Origin: a virus | Direction: 5' to 3' (one strand) | Virus record (IMG/VR): IMGVR_UViG_3300020416_001284 | Location: 6,796-70,795 of that record | DNA length: 64,000 nt | Shown: positions 9,738 through 20,088 of the stretch, piece after piece | Position numbering within the stretch: the stretch's first letter is position 1 | How the letters are laid out: each line of letters begins with the position of its first letter | The notes under the pieces: model-generated | Seen by the model: the letters and a program-made list of their open reading frames with translations, nothing else | What the model was told of the DNA's origin: nothing | Databases searched by the model: none | Made by a program: the position numbers and the translations under genes

Positions 9738-10084
9738 CGTTTATCATTAAAGAATACTTTATCAGGCCATGCCTTATCATCTATGAAGTAATCTGCATGT
9801 GGTTTACCCATAATCAACTCATGATACTTACATCCCCAATCGTTCAATTGTTTCTCTGTAAGTTCAAATAAAACCTCTTTTGCTTTTATTGCAGCATCAA
9901 AATGAGTTTGATCGGAAAACCTACCCATTGCTCGTGCAGTGAAGTAGATAATATAATTACCCTCATCATAAAGTTTATTTAGTACCTTGATCCTCTGTTT
10001 CCAAGGTTCTGCTTTATGGTAATCTCTACCCACTGTGGGAGTACAAATAGTACCATCAATATCAACACAGTATCTTTTTGACAT
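9734..10084 (-). CDS. Small HAD-superfamily phosphatase
   Basis: VDIDGTIC, FTAR, GKPHADYFIDDKA motifs. Confidence 0.75.
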   Translation of the reverse strand: MSKRYCVDIDGTICTPTVGRDYHKAEPWKQRIKVLNKLYDEGNYIIYFTARAMGRFSDQTHFDAAIKAKEVLFELTEKQLNDWGCKYHELIMGKPHADYFIDDKAWPDKVFFNDKR

Positions 10085-10802
10085 CTTCCTCCGTTAGTAC
10101 ATAAGTTCCTCGATGTGACACAGCCACTGCTGCTGCTTTATTGGCAAGAGGTATTGCTTCCTCCATCCTACCATACTTTAAATATCCATAGGTAAGTGCA
10201 GCAAGGAATGTATCCCCTGCACCTACTACATCAAATACATTTACCTTCTCTGCTGGATATAAATCACCTTTATACTCTGCTCCCTCACCACCTCTAGTTA
10301 TAATTAAATTTTCATAATTATAATATGACATTCTTTCATACTCAAGTTCATTAACTTTAATATATGCATCAGCAGGTAAATTAGTTTTCTTACTATCAAT
10401 AAAAACTGGTCCCTCAAACCACTCCACCAACTCAAACATTTTCTCTTGGGTTATAAATCCTTTATCATAATCAGATATAACAAGTGCATCATAGGTAGAT
10501 TTCCACTCATCTGGAAACTCAAATGAAATAGGGGTTATCTCTGGTTCTTCATCGGAACGGAAGATCTGTTGATTAGACTTCTCATCTATAAATCTTGTCT
10601 TAATGATCTTCTCTGGATGAGTAGAAGTATAAGTTTCCACTCTAAATGACATAAGATTCTCTCTTACATTCCATACCATCCCCTTACTTGTCACTCCTCT
10701 CTTATATTGTAAGATAGGAACAGGAGCCTCTGGACTCAACCTCTTAGCATCTCCATAGAAATACCTGTCTTCACAACTATCTCCAATTAATAATACTTTC
10801 AT
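10062..10802 (-). CDS. Heptose-7-phosphate kinase (HldE kinase half / HldA, PfkB family)
   Basis: IGDSCEDRY...RLSPEAPVP, SDYDKG, DVVGAGDTFLA. Confidence 0.85.
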   Translation of the reverse strand: MKVLLIGDSCEDRYFYGDAKRLSPEAPVPILQYKRGVTSKGMVWNVRENLMSFRVETYTSTHPEKIIKTRFIDEKSNQQIFRSDEEPEITPISFEFPDEWKSTYDALVISDYDKGFITQEKMFELVEWFEGPVFIDSKKTNLPADAYIKVNELEYERMSYYNYENLIITRGGEGAEYKGDLYPAEKVNVFDVVGAGDTFLAALTYGYLKYGRMEEAIPLANKAAAVAVSHRGTYVLTEEDVKKILC

Positions 10803-11200
10803 AGATTTTTAATCTTACTAATAGTACTGCTGCTGGCATAACCACCAACTCTTGGAAGAAATCTTACTTCCTTGGCAAACTCTGCTCCTACTACCTCACC
10901 GTCTCTCCAATCATCACCAAGTAATAGTATATCAGGACTATACATTTCTACCAAGTCCTCTAACTCTTGTCTCGTATCAAATGTCAACACAGTATCAATA
11001 TACTTAATTGCTTCTAACATTGCAACCCTATATCCAGCACTATGAACTGGTTTACCACCACCCTTATCTTCACTGATCTTCTCATCAGTATCAGTGGCTA
11101 CAATAACCTTCTCTCCTAGTGATCTTGCAACCTTGAATAATTGCACATGACCTGGATGAAGAATGTCAAAAGTTCCATTTACGAATACAGTTTTACACAC
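10799..11200 (-). CDS. Heptose-1-phosphate adenylyltransferase-like (HldE NTase half / HldC; cytidylyltransferase superfamily)
   Basis: VFVNGTFDILHPGH, PDILLLGDDW, SSSTI. Confidence 0.8.
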   Translation of the reverse strand: MCKTVFVNGTFDILHPGHVQLFKVARSLGEKVIVATDTDEKISEDKGGGKPVHSAGYRVAMLEAIKYIDTVLTFDTRQELEDLVEMYSPDILLLGDDWRDGEVVGAEFAKEVRFLPRVGGYASSSTISKIKNL

Positions 11201-11954
11201 GATAAACCTCGTCTACAGTTACCATACTTGCTCTTTTGTTAATGATTCTATTCACTTCAGGATCATCTTTCTGTTCCTCAGTAGGTATATATATTGCCTT
11301 TGAATTAACAGGACAATTCTCTACTGGATCAGTAAGATAATATACTGCTATACTCTTTCTATAACGCCCCTCAGGACACTCCAAAGGGGTAGGAAGTCCA
11401 TGATATGAGTTTTGGGTAGTATCGAACATTACTGCACGATTAAAGAGTGTATCAGTGGAAGTTATACATTGTTTTCTATCTGATGACCAAAACTCTAATT
11501 GGCCTTTCCACTCAGGATTCCAGTTCTCAGCAAGATAAACAATAAGATTTAACTTCCGTTGGAGTTTCAGTTTAGGATGAATAGAATAGTCAAGATGTAT
11601 GTTTAGTTTACCACCTTTTCCATGCATATGCAACCCTCCACCATGTAAACCCACATCAGGGTACAACTTCTTGATACCCGTAATCTTCTGTAGTTTAGAA
11701 ATAAAGGAAGGGGAATTCAAGTAACAAAATGTAGAGTATAAGTTCCTTGGAAACAAATTCCATGTATTACAAGCCTTCTTATTCTCTAAGGGATTATTAT
11801 ATACATACCAGACATCAGAATTGTAATCAGGAAACTCCCGACTTAATGACATCGCAGTCTCATCATCAAAGAAGTTATCTATTACTACATGATTAAATGG
11901 TTGTCCTTTGATGAACTCAGATTTTAATTTAGAAACTTCAAGTCGATTGATCAT
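11193..11954 (-). CDS. 2OG-Fe(II) oxygenase
   Basis: PFNHVVIDNFF, GGGLH, HLD, SYHG, RKSIAVYY. Confidence 0.85.
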   Translation of the reverse strand: MINRLEVSKLKSEFIKGQPFNHVVIDNFFDDETAMSLSREFPDYNSDVWYVYNNPLENKKACNTWNLFPRNLYSTFCYLNSPSFISKLQKITGIKKLYPDVGLHGGGLHMHGKGGKLNIHLDYSIHPKLKLQRKLNLIVYLAENWNPEWKGQLEFWSSDRKQCITSTDTLFNRAVMFDTTQNSYHGLPTPLECPEGRYRKSIAVYYLTDPVENCPVNSKAIYIPTEEQKDDPEVNRIINKRASMVTVDEVYRV

Positions 11955-12583
11955 ATATAATTGTCTTCTGTAAAGATTGTATCATACATATTCATCTCCT
12001 TATGAACATGGTGCAGGTCACAAGGATCAAATCTATCCCCCGTACCAATCATCAACTCTCTATCAATTTTACCATGTTCTCCCTCAGTATACAAGAAGTT
12101 CTCATCTAATGTAGCAAGATAATTTGAATTGGCCCACCAGAAATTACCACTATAATGTGGGTATGGTTTCATTCTTAACTTAACTCCCACTGAATCATAC
12201 TCCTCTAATTTATCAATACACTCTCTCCATTTATCAATCACATAATATTCTAAAAATAATCTCCATGCATGTAGTTGAGGAACAAACTGTCTACTTGCTC
12301 CCTTTGCATGAAAGAATAATACTTTATAATCTGGATTCTCCTTAGAGAACTTATACATTGATTCAACAGTCTCACCCTCATCCTTAGTCAATCGTTTATT
12401 GTACTGAACTCTTGCCTTCTCTGGTAATGAAAACATCTCTGCTTCTCCCACAATACCAATATGAATAAACTCACAAGAATCCATTAATCCAGATGTGTGT
12501 AATCTATGCATCTGTTGTTGATATATCAAACCAGATAATTCAGTCTGATATAGGTGGTAAAAAATTGCTAATTTTTGTAACAT
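11951..12583 (-). CDS. Putative glycosyltransferase-like protein
   Basis: VLFFHAKG...WR...E......W..C, HYSGNFWWA motif of a family usually found in glycan clusters; start likely MLQKL. Confidence 0.5.
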   Translation of the reverse strand: MLQKLAIFYHLYQTELSGLIYQQQMHRLHTSGLMDSCEFIHIGIVGEAEMFSLPEKARVQYNKRLTKDEGETVESMYKFSKENPDYKVLFFHAKGASRQFVPQLHAWRLFLEYYVIDKWRECIDKLEEYDSVGVKLRMKPYPHYSGNFWWANSNYLATLDENFLYTEGEHGKIDRELMIGTGDRFDPCDLHHVHKEMNMYDTIFTEDNYI

Positions 12584-12977
12584 AATGTTTGTAGAACTCT
12601 TCAAATTCAGATGATCCGTAAAAATATCGTTTCCCCTCCCTCATATATATGAACGGCACATTAAACTTTCCTAACTCTGCTAATATCTCATCTGTGATTT
12701 CCTTTCCTGCATTCACAACTTCTAACCATTTACCATAAGGCCAATCCTTTACACTCACCATTATACCAATATCTTTAGGAAACATCCACTCTGGTAAAAC
12801 TCCTTGGGCCCAGAAACATTGATACCTTTTACACTGAGAAGGTCTATTAGGATGTATTGAGCATCCATTTTTAATAAACCTACAAGGATTACCTGGTGTT
12901 ATATGTTGCCCATATACTTCATGATTGAGATACCTACAACATAAATCACATTCACCACATTCTCTAACCTGCTCCAT
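12540..12977 (-). CDS. YkgJ-like Cys-cluster (Zn/Fe-S) protein
   Basis: CGECDLCC...C....GCSIHPNRPSQC..YQCFW. Confidence 0.7.
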   Translation of the reverse strand: MEQVRECGECDLCCRYLNHEVYGQHITPGNPCRFIKNGCSIHPNRPSQCKRYQCFWAQGVLPEWMFPKDIGIMVSVKDWPYGKWLEVVNAGKEITDEILAELGKFNVPFIYMREGKRYFYGSSEFEEFYKHYVTKISNFLPPISD

Positions 12978-13575
12978 GAAAGAAAAAGAGTTGAACTAAT
13001 CTACAGTTATCATATGTAGTTCCAAACCAATCCCCATTTGAGTGCCATAAGAAAGGATTAAACATCACCAAACGATTATATTTAAATCCAATATTGTCCG
13101 TACATATCCACTTAGATTCATCCTTTCCTTCCGTATCAAAAAATTTTACCATATCATCATGAGAATTTATACCATACTTAGCAGCTTCTTCCATATTAGG
13201 AGCTGTCTCCCATCCAATTTCTTTGTGCTTCCAGAACTTAGTTCCTGCTGTGGGATGAAAAATAGGAGTTAAATAAAGAACTCCTGCCCATACTAATCCT
13301 GGATTTGGATCAAAATGTATATGCTGAGAACCATACTGTCCTTCTTTGGTTATTCTAAAATAAGAACACTTATTCTCTGGTTTTGTGACAAGTTGTTCTC
13401 CTACTACTGCGGAACATGCCTCTGTCATCTCCTCCTCACCATGACTATCACTACTATCCCTTCCAGGCCAATTCTTACCACCCAATCTTTGATACTGTTG
13501 TTCTAATGCATATGCACGAACAGCATCAGGATTATCTAAGAAACCATCAACAATAATTAAATTTCTACGTCTCAT
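12964..13575 (-). CDS. 2OG-Fe(II) oxygenase-like (DUF6445-type)
   Basis: IIVDGFLDNPD.VR..AL, WPG, HFD, WAGVLYL, GT.FW, YNRLVMF...WH, RLVQLFF. Confidence 0.75.
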   Translation of the reverse strand: MRRRNLIIVDGFLDNPDAVRAYALEQQYQRLGGKNWPGRDSSDSHGEEEMTEACSAVVGEQLVTKPENKCSYFRITKEGQYGSQHIHFDPNPGLVWAGVLYLTPIFHPTAGTKFWKHKEIGWETAPNMEEAAKYGINSHDDMVKFFDTEGKDESKWICTDNIGFKYNRLVMFNPFLWHSNGDWFGTTYDNCRLVQLFFFHGAG

Positions 13576-14462
13576 AGTATTCTTAATAAATCGTGTTTAA
13601 CATCTTCAAAGGGTTGATTCCAATCTCCTTGAACTGACTGTGTATATATTCTCATTTTATCACCAAACCAGAAGTCTTGCAACCACAAATAATAAGGATC
13701 TTTTGGAACCACTGTCCATATAGGTGTATTTAATCCTGCACATACAATAGGAATACATGTAGAACTACTAATGGTCAAGTCTAGTCTAGAGATGGCTGCA
13801 AATGTATCATCCCATGTTTCAAACCATGATCTCTTGTGTTCATGAAGAGGAATAACATTAGAGGGTATATCATCTATTCCATCATCCTTATGTAAAGAAT
13901 ACAACTCAACATTTGGAAGAGATCCTAACTCTTCAAAATACTGAGCAGGGATAATTGTATCTTTTTCAAATGTAGTATTGCCTGTCCATCTAACACCTAT
14001 TTTAAATTTATCGCTGGGCGGTATGATCCTTTTCCATTTAGTGAGGTATTCCTCAGTAGGTTCAAGATAAGGTTCAATGGGAACTTGATCCTGAGTCACA
14101 CCCAATGCAACAGGAACTTCACCCACAGGAACCCAGTAATCATAATCCTCAAAATCTTCTACCTCAGTAATATGTATTACTTTATCAATACTTTTTATTC
14201 TTGCGATAACAGTATAAGATGACCAATAGTTAGTTGCAAAAACCACTCTCATTCCTCTCTCTACAAAATTATGAGAGAACTTTGCCCCAAATAATTCATC
14301 ACCTATTCCAGCTTCACCAGTGATTAATATAGTCTTACCTGTTTCAAATCTTGCATTCCATATGGGTTTTTTATGTTTATAAGAATATGCTCCCCACCGA
14401 CTAGTCAACCTCTCAGTGTGCATCTTCACTAAGAGTTCTCTAAATTCTATAGGGTTGCCCAT
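13572..14462 (-). CDS. GT9/heptosyltransferase-like glycosyltransferase (GT-B)
   Basis: EAGIGDEL, YDYWVP, PYL, KIGVRWTG, WDDTFAAISRLDLTISSSTCIP. Confidence 0.65.
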   Translation of the reverse strand: MGNPIEFRELLVKMHTERLTSRWGAYSYKHKKPIWNARFETGKTILITGEAGIGDELFGAKFSHNFVERGMRVVFATNYWSSYTVIARIKSIDKVIHITEVEDFEDYDYWVPVGEVPVALGVTQDQVPIEPYLEPTEEYLTKWKRIIPPSDKFKIGVRWTGNTTFEKDTIIPAQYFEELGSLPNVELYSLHKDDGIDDIPSNVIPLHEHKRSWFETWDDTFAAISRLDLTISSSTCIPIVCAGLNTPIWTVVPKDPYYLWLQDFWFGDKMRIYTQSVQGDWNQPFEDVKHDLLRIL

Positions 14463-15115
14463 TGTGCTAGTGTCTCTCTTGCTATTCGTAAGGACTTTGG
14501 TTTATCACCTGTTCCCACATGAATAAGAAAAGGCCTTTGCCAATCCTCTGGACATATACCCTGATACTTTAATCCATACTTTGCAAGATTAAAAGACAAT
14601 GCAAACTCATCTGCATAATGACCCCATCCACGATTCCATTCACCTGGTTCATCATTGTTTGGAACTGCTAAATCAGAGATTTGTTGTGATGTAAGAGGTA
14701 TAGGTTCCCATAAATCATGAGTTAAATTAGATGTCACCACAAAGTTAGTAGCAATTCCCACATCTCTACCATCCCTTTTAAAGTATGGTATTCTGTCAGC
14801 ATAATACTTCGTGCTAATATTATAATTATCATTAAATGCAACATAAGCAGGATCTTTTACAATCTGTTGCACATCAGGAAAATGAGGATGAATAAGCATA
14901 TCTGCATCACACAGCATGTTTAGATCAGCATCTCTACCATCCTCAAACACTTGCATCTTCTCATAATTAATCGGATAATCAGGAAACTTTCTTTGAGTTA
15001 TCAAATTAATCAGGAACCCATGTCTTTCCGCATAGGATTTAATAGTAGGAAAGGTTAATGCAAAAAGTTCTGGAAAGAAATCATTGATGTTAAGGACATG
15101 AATAAGTTTTTTCAT
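14447..15115 (-). CDS. Putative GT-A glycosyltransferase
   Basis: KSYAERHG...YEK...CDADMLI (DxD), DE..LS; position within the cluster. Confidence 0.55.
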   Translation of the reverse strand: MKKLIHVLNINDFFPELFALTFPTIKSYAERHGFLINLITQRKFPDYPINYEKMQVFEDGRDADLNMLCDADMLIHPHFPDVQQIVKDPAYVAFNDNYNISTKYYADRIPYFKRDGRDVGIATNFVVTSNLTHDLWEPIPLTSQQISDLAVPNNDEPGEWNRGWGHYADEFALSFNLAKYGLKYQGICPEDWQRPFLIHVGTGDKPKSLRIARETLAQWATL

Positions 15116-16071
15116 TATAAAGTAATCTCCTCCATTTTTAAGTTAAGATCTGAGTTCTCAGGTAATGAATAAGGTGTTTTATTATCTTCCCATAATTGCA
15201 TAGCATGTTCGGGTCTCCATGTAAAGGGAAGATCTCTTGAGACTGACATGTGCATTACATAAGGATCAAGAGGCATAAACATACTAACATGTTTTCCCCA
15301 TAACTCACTAATAGTATCACCCTCCCATGAAGCTGCATCAGTTCCTGTTACTTGTAATCGATCAAAAGTTTCTTTATGTTTCTTGAATACTTTTGCCTTG
15401 AGCATGAATGTTTCATGAGTATACCATGTTGTTCTATAATATCCTATAGGTGTAGGTACTACTGTGCAAGGTCTTACATAATAATCAAGTGTTGGGTTTG
15501 ATGCAAAAGGAAACATCTGAACAAAACATTGAGGAAAGATCCCTACATCTCTATCAGTTCTTCCATCAAATTCTTTAACTTGTAAATTAGCTTCCTCATC
15601 CGATACTCCTACTGACCATAAAGATTTTCTAAAAGTATCACGAGGACCAATTACATTTATCAAATGGTCTAGATAATACCATGCATATACCATCCTTTGA
15701 ATTGCATCAGGATAATGAAGATGATCATCATCTACAATATACACAAAGTCTTCATCAGATAAATCATAAATGTAATCATAAGCCACCTTTACAGAAAATC
15801 TTGATTGTATATGAGGATCTTGTCCTTCTGTGTCTCTATCTCCTAAAAAATCAAAAGTAACTTTCTTCTTTGACTCTTCACATATTTTTGTAAGACTCTC
15901 TCTAAAGTATTCACTAGATCTATCATCAATAATATGATAATCTACATCCTCAATATTCTCCATGTTTTTAAGAACAGAGTTAACACAACGAAGAGCACAC
16001 TCTGTCTTATTCACAATCCTCTTTGATTGGATTGAAGCCTTATCACATGTTCTAGTGATGATATGAAGCAT
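15115..16071 (-). CDS. Putative family-2-like glycosyltransferase
   Basis: IIDDRS, VYIVDDDHLH motifs. Confidence 0.6.
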   Translation of the reverse strand: MLHIITRTCDKASIQSKRIVNKTECALRCVNSVLKNMENIEDVDYHIIDDRSSEYFRESLTKICEESKKKVTFDFLGDRDTEGQDPHIQSRFSVKVAYDYIYDLSDEDFVYIVDDDHLHYPDAIQRMVYAWYYLDHLINVIGPRDTFRKSLWSVGVSDEEANLQVKEFDGRTDRDVGIFPQCFVQMFPFASNPTLDYYVRPCTVVPTPIGYYRTTWYTHETFMLKAKVFKKHKETFDRLQVTGTDAASWEGDTISELWGKHVSMFMPLDPYVMHMSVSRDLPFTWRPEHAMQLWEDNKTPYSLPENSDLNLKMEEITL

Positions 16072-16682
16072 CAGTGTAAATTACCTGCAATGGAAATTCT
16101 ATAGTCATCACTAGTCTGAAAAGGATATACAATATGTAAAAGTTTTGCAGGAAACATTACAATCCTCCCTTCCCATCCACTTTCTACAAACATCGGACAA
16201 TTAGTAATATTACCAAGCACTGAAGTATAAACAAACTGAAAAGTAGATGTTAACTGCCTTGTTCTTGATTTCTTACAGTTCTCCATGTTCCTTTCATCTT
16301 CTAATTTAAATGGAATATGCAACCATGCAACAAAACTCAAAGTACCATCATGATTATGAAGGGGATTTACCTCTAGTTTCTTTTGCATATTTACCCATAC
16401 GGATTCTACTTTTAAATTTTTATTTGGATTCTCTTTGGGATAATAATCCCATTTTTTCTGATATGCTCTACCCATCTCCTCTAGATAGGGATCAAGAAAT
16501 TGTCTACTCTTGGTTATTTCATATTCTTTTGTGATCTGACCTGCAAGAGACTGATTCATTTTTACGATATCTTTATCATTAGTATGAATATCTACTATCT
16601 CTTGGTTAAGAGTCTGATATATCTCAGGAGGAATCTTACCATTAGTAAGTCCTACGTTTGGAAGATGTGCATGATCAAACAT
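16071..16682 (-). CDS. 2OG-Fe(II) oxygenase (cyanophage TIGR02466-like)
   Basis: WVNMQ...NPLHNHDG.LSFV, MFPA.L.H.VYPF, RISIAGN; start likely MFDH at 16682. Confidence 0.8.
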   Translation of the reverse strand: MFDHAHLPNVGLTNGKIPPEIYQTLNQEIVDIHTNDKDIVKMNQSLAGQITKEYEITKSRQFLDPYLEEMGRAYQKKWDYYPKENPNKNLKVESVWVNMQKKLEVNPLHNHDGTLSFVAWLHIPFKLEDERNMENCKKSRTRQLTSTFQFVYTSVLGNITNCPMFVESGWEGRIVMFPAKLLHIVYPFQTSDDYRISIAGNLH

Positions 16683-17289
16683 TATTTTCTTTCTCCACAG
16701 GATTATATACCAAAGGATTATATATTTCTCCTTTATCAATATTCATAGAAATACACATTCTCCTTCCTTTTGTAGGGGGAACTTCATGGTGTAACATGGC
16801 TGGCCATAGGGCAAGCATACCATTTTGGGGTTGAAGTGTCAATGGTTGATTGTTATTATTTACTCCATCGTTCAATACACTTTCAAAAATAACAGGAGCA
16901 CAACCAGGTTCTACATCCACATAATAACAACATGCAAAATCAGTTGGAAAATGTGAATGTCTCTTTGTCCATTCAGTATCTTCATACATCATAGCCCACA
17001 AATTGGTAGCCTTAAACTCAATATCATCACACTCATAATATCCTGCACAAATAAACTTACATGCATCTAGAACTCTATCAACTATAAGTTTGAACTTTGG
17101 ATTCTCTTGGTGAGTTACCCATGAACTGTGCCATGCCTTTACATTACTCTTAGTGGTCTCTGGAAATTTCTGTCGGTGTTCCAGTATCACCTGCTTTAGA
17201 TACTTATTCATCTCTACATGATCCTCCAGAATGGTAGTAAAAACTGCCATTGGTTTAGAAACATGTTGTATCTCAAATCGACTACTCAT
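16675..17289 (-). CDS. 2OG-Fe(II) oxygenase (TIGR02466-like)
   Basis: WAMMY, HSH, CCYY, WPAMLHHEV, RMCISMN. Confidence 0.8.
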   Translation of the reverse strand: MSSRFEIQHVSKPMAVFTTILEDHVEMNKYLKQVILEHRQKFPETTKSNVKAWHSSWVTHQENPKFKLIVDRVLDACKFICAGYYECDDIEFKATNLWAMMYEDTEWTKRHSHFPTDFACCYYVDVEPGCAPVIFESVLNDGVNNNNQPLTLQPQNGMLALWPAMLHHEVPPTKGRRMCISMNIDKGEIYNPLVYNPVEKENNV

Positions 17290-18014
17290 GTTTTTGCCAC
17301 CCTTCCATCTAATGTAATAGTTGATAAATCATGAGGGTTGTCATATGCATACACACCATCCTGCACAATTCCAAACATATCAAATCTCATCATTGCATCT
17401 GCTGTTGTTATTATACCATGATGAATGGCATATGACACTAGGTTCTTTGCCATAAGAGGATCAATAGAATATGCATGAGCCCTACATATAAATCTATCTA
17501 GTCCTTGATGATCTGATGCATGTGGTGGAATAGTATCATTATTCCTTAAACTACCTGCTATTTGCTCACTACCACCCAAATAAACAATATTATTAAGATA
17601 GTTATGTCTCAGATAAGGTTTTACCATTACAGCATCATGTTCTAATATAACAATGGGCATATCTTTGTCAAGACACATACACCACAAACTATAATGAGAG
17701 AGAAAGCAGGCTATCTGAGTCATTAACAGATCTGCTCTTTTTAATCTCAAAAAATTAACAAATGCCTGACCCTGTAAGAACTCAGGAACCTTGATAGTTC
17801 CCAGTTCACCTATTGGTTTACCTAGATCATGCTGCTGAACTTTAATCTTAGAATCAGTAGCATCAAATGCAGGAAACATTTGAACATTTGGTTGTCCTAC
17901 TTTTTGACAAGACTCATAACATTGTTGAGTTAATTTTTGAGAAACTTCATTACCTTGAATAGAGATGATATAAGTCCCCTCTATAGACATCTCAAGTTGA
18001 CTATAATAATTCAT
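17286..18014 (-). CDS. Glycosyltransferase family 25
   Basis: YIISI, FPAFD, IACFLSHYSLW..C, IVILEHDA, AHAYSI.P..AK.L. Confidence 0.8.
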   Translation of the reverse strand: MNYYSQLEMSIEGTYIISIQGNEVSQKLTQQCYESCQKVGQPNVQMFPAFDATDSKIKVQQHDLGKPIGELGTIKVPEFLQGQAFVNFLRLKRADLLMTQIACFLSHYSLWCMCLDKDMPIVILEHDAVMVKPYLRHNYLNNIVYLGGSEQIAGSLRNNDTIPPHASDHQGLDRFICRAHAYSIDPLMAKNLVSYAIHHGIITTADAMMRFDMFGIVQDGVYAYDNPHDLSTITLDGRVAKT

Positions 18015-18832
18015 AATGCTTCAGGATAAAATGTCTCATAATACCAACGATTATTATCTATAACCATCTTTGATTGCTTTTTTGTCATCACTTTTGGCCA
18101 TCTAGGTTCTAACTTCTCCAATTTAGTTCTTGTTTTATGACTCACGAGTGCTCTATAAGTCGTATCATGTTCATAATAGTCTGGTTTTGGTATATTGTCA
18201 AAGTCGTGCTCAAAGTTTGGTTCTCCTAACCATTGATATATTTGTTGTAGTGATTCTCTTGGATTCTCATTAAAATCTTCGTGCCTACAAAAAAAGAAAC
18301 TATTGGGATTCTTCTGTGCTACTTCAATTAGATGAGGAAGTGTCTGTAATGGACGGCCTAAAAGAGATTGAGTATCTGTACAATACATCTCCATCCTTTT
18401 TTCAAATGGTTCTTGATAAGTAGTCTGATTAGGTACTTGTGGATATTTCCATATAAGAGACTCAAAAGAACAAATGATATCTCTTAAATCTCTCAGTATC
18501 ACCAGATATTTAGAGGTAGGATCAATTGCAAAAGTAGTAGGAAACCACTCTGACCATAACCTTGACTTAGAGAAGACAATGGGTTTATCAGTCATTGCCT
18601 CAAGCCATCCTCTCATTCCCTGACGGAGGAAATTAATATATGATTTATTTAATACATCTTTATCTAATGCTATAAACTCTGATACTTCATTTGATCTTGT
18701 TTGACATGCATCAAAAAAGTAAGGCATACAGCATGTGCCTGTTGTAAATATTCTTGGATTCTCATTCAAGATATTCATAATAAGTGTTGAAGCAGTTCTA
18801 GGAAGACCTAGACAATAATGAAGTTGTTGCAT
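18011..18832 (-). CDS. Sulfotransferase family protein
   Basis: GLPRTASTL (5'-PSB loop), LRDLRDIICS (3'-PB), RHEDF..NP. Confidence 0.8.
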   Translation of the reverse strand: MQQLHYCLGLPRTASTLIMNILNENPRIFTTGTCCMPYFFDACQTRSNEVSEFIALDKDVLNKSYINFLRQGMRGWLEAMTDKPIVFSKSRLWSEWFPTTFAIDPTSKYLVILRDLRDIICSFESLIWKYPQVPNQTTYQEPFEKRMEMYCTDTQSLLGRPLQTLPHLIEVAQKNPNSFFFCRHEDFNENPRESLQQIYQWLGEPNFEHDFDNIPKPDYYEHDTTYRALVSHKTRTKLEKLEPRWPKVMTKKQSKMVIDNNRWYYETFYPEAL

Positions 18833-18849
18833 AATAAAGTGATTTTGAT

Positions 18850-18856
18850 TATTTAT
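18850..18856 (-). promoter_or_regulatory. Late promoter ATAAATA upstream of the sulfotransferase-led operon
   Basis: Consensus overlapping the stop codon of the RCC1 gene, ~18 nt before the ATG at 18832. Confidence 0.5.
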
Positions 18857-20088
18857 TCTTTAATAGCATGACCACTACCATAACCACCTTTGATCTCCAC
18901 CCAAGTACCAGGAAGTAGAACTGGTGATGAACGACTGACTTTATCATTTAGTCCCAATCCTCCATATGAAATACCTCTTCCCCATATGTAAAAATTACCA
19001 TCGGCTTTTTTACAGGCTGTTACATCCTCTACTGAAATGGTATTGGCTTCACTGTTATCAAACACACCAGGAGTTGCAGTTGCCCAAGTCCCAGGAATTT
19101 GAGTTGGTGATGATCTTCTCATAGTTCCTCCTATATTTAGTCCCATTTCTCCAACTCCTCCTGATCCCCATGTCCATAGTGTTCCATCAGTTTTAGTTGC
19201 CATAACCCTTCTAAAATCCCCACCATAGTTCAGTGCTAGATAATCCCAATTAGTATTAGTTCCTATTTGAATTGGTGATGATGCTCCACTACCATAATTG
19301 ACTGTGGGAGAACCACCACTTCCATTCAACCCTAGTGTTCCTTGTCCATTATCCCCCCACATCCATAGTGTTCCATCAGTTTTGATGGCTCCAGCTGTAT
19401 ACTTTCCAATTGCCAGTTGTTTCCACGTTGTACCTGGCATTTGAACTGGTGATGATCGCATTGTAGGGGCATTATTGACCCACATCAATGCACTACCCGT
19501 TCCCCACATCCACAGGGTTCCATCAGTTTTAATTCCTCCCATAGTTTGCAGTCCTCCCTGTATATATTTCCAATCAGTATCAGTTCCTACTTGAGCTGGA
19601 GAAGATATCCTGTTTCCTTGTGTGTTCTGTCCTAAAAATCCTTCAAAACTATATCCACATGTCCATAGTGTTCCATCAGTTTTAAGTGAAATTTGACCAT
19701 AACCAGCAGCGACTGAATACTTCCAATCAGTACCAGTTCCTATTTGCATTGGTGATGATCTTTTACCGTTACTAGGTCCTAAGTTGTAACCTGACATCCC
19801 ACCTTCATTCTTCCCCCATGCCCACATTGTTCCATCCTTCTTCCCCGCCGTTACATTATAACCAGTAAGACCTCCTATCCATTTCCAAGTAGAATCAGTT
19901 CCTACTTGAGTGGGTGATGAACGATTAAAACTTGTATTATTACCATTAAGTCCTAAAGATCCATCTCTATTATATCCCCATGACCATAATTCTCCCCCCC
20001 ACTGATAACCACCCGTAGTCCCAGCCACGGATTGATCATACCATTCATCTAATGTCCACGTATTGGTTCTTAAAGCAGGTGTAGCCAT
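18853..20088 (-). CDS. RCC1 beta-propeller protein (short paralogue 1)
   Basis: Short N-terminal anchor (NTWTLDEWYD), then ~7 KTDGTLWxWG/SSPxQ repeats. Confidence 0.85.
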   Translation of the reverse strand: MATPALRTNTWTLDEWYDQSVAGTTGGYQWGGELWSWGYNRDGSLGLNGNNTSFNRSSPTQVGTDSTWKWIGGLTGYNVTAGKKDGTMWAWGKNEGGMSGYNLGPSNGKRSSPMQIGTGTDWKYSVAAGYGQISLKTDGTLWTCGYSFEGFLGQNTQGNRISSPAQVGTDTDWKYIQGGLQTMGGIKTDGTLWMWGTGSALMWVNNAPTMRSSPVQMPGTTWKQLAIGKYTAGAIKTDGTLWMWGDNGQGTLGLNGSGGSPTVNYGSGASSPIQIGTNTNWDYLALNYGGDFRRVMATKTDGTLWTWGSGGVGEMGLNIGGTMRRSSPTQIPGTWATATPGVFDNSEANTISVEDVTACKKADGNFYIWGRGISYGGLGLNDKVSRSSPVLLPGTWVEIKGGYGSGHAIKE

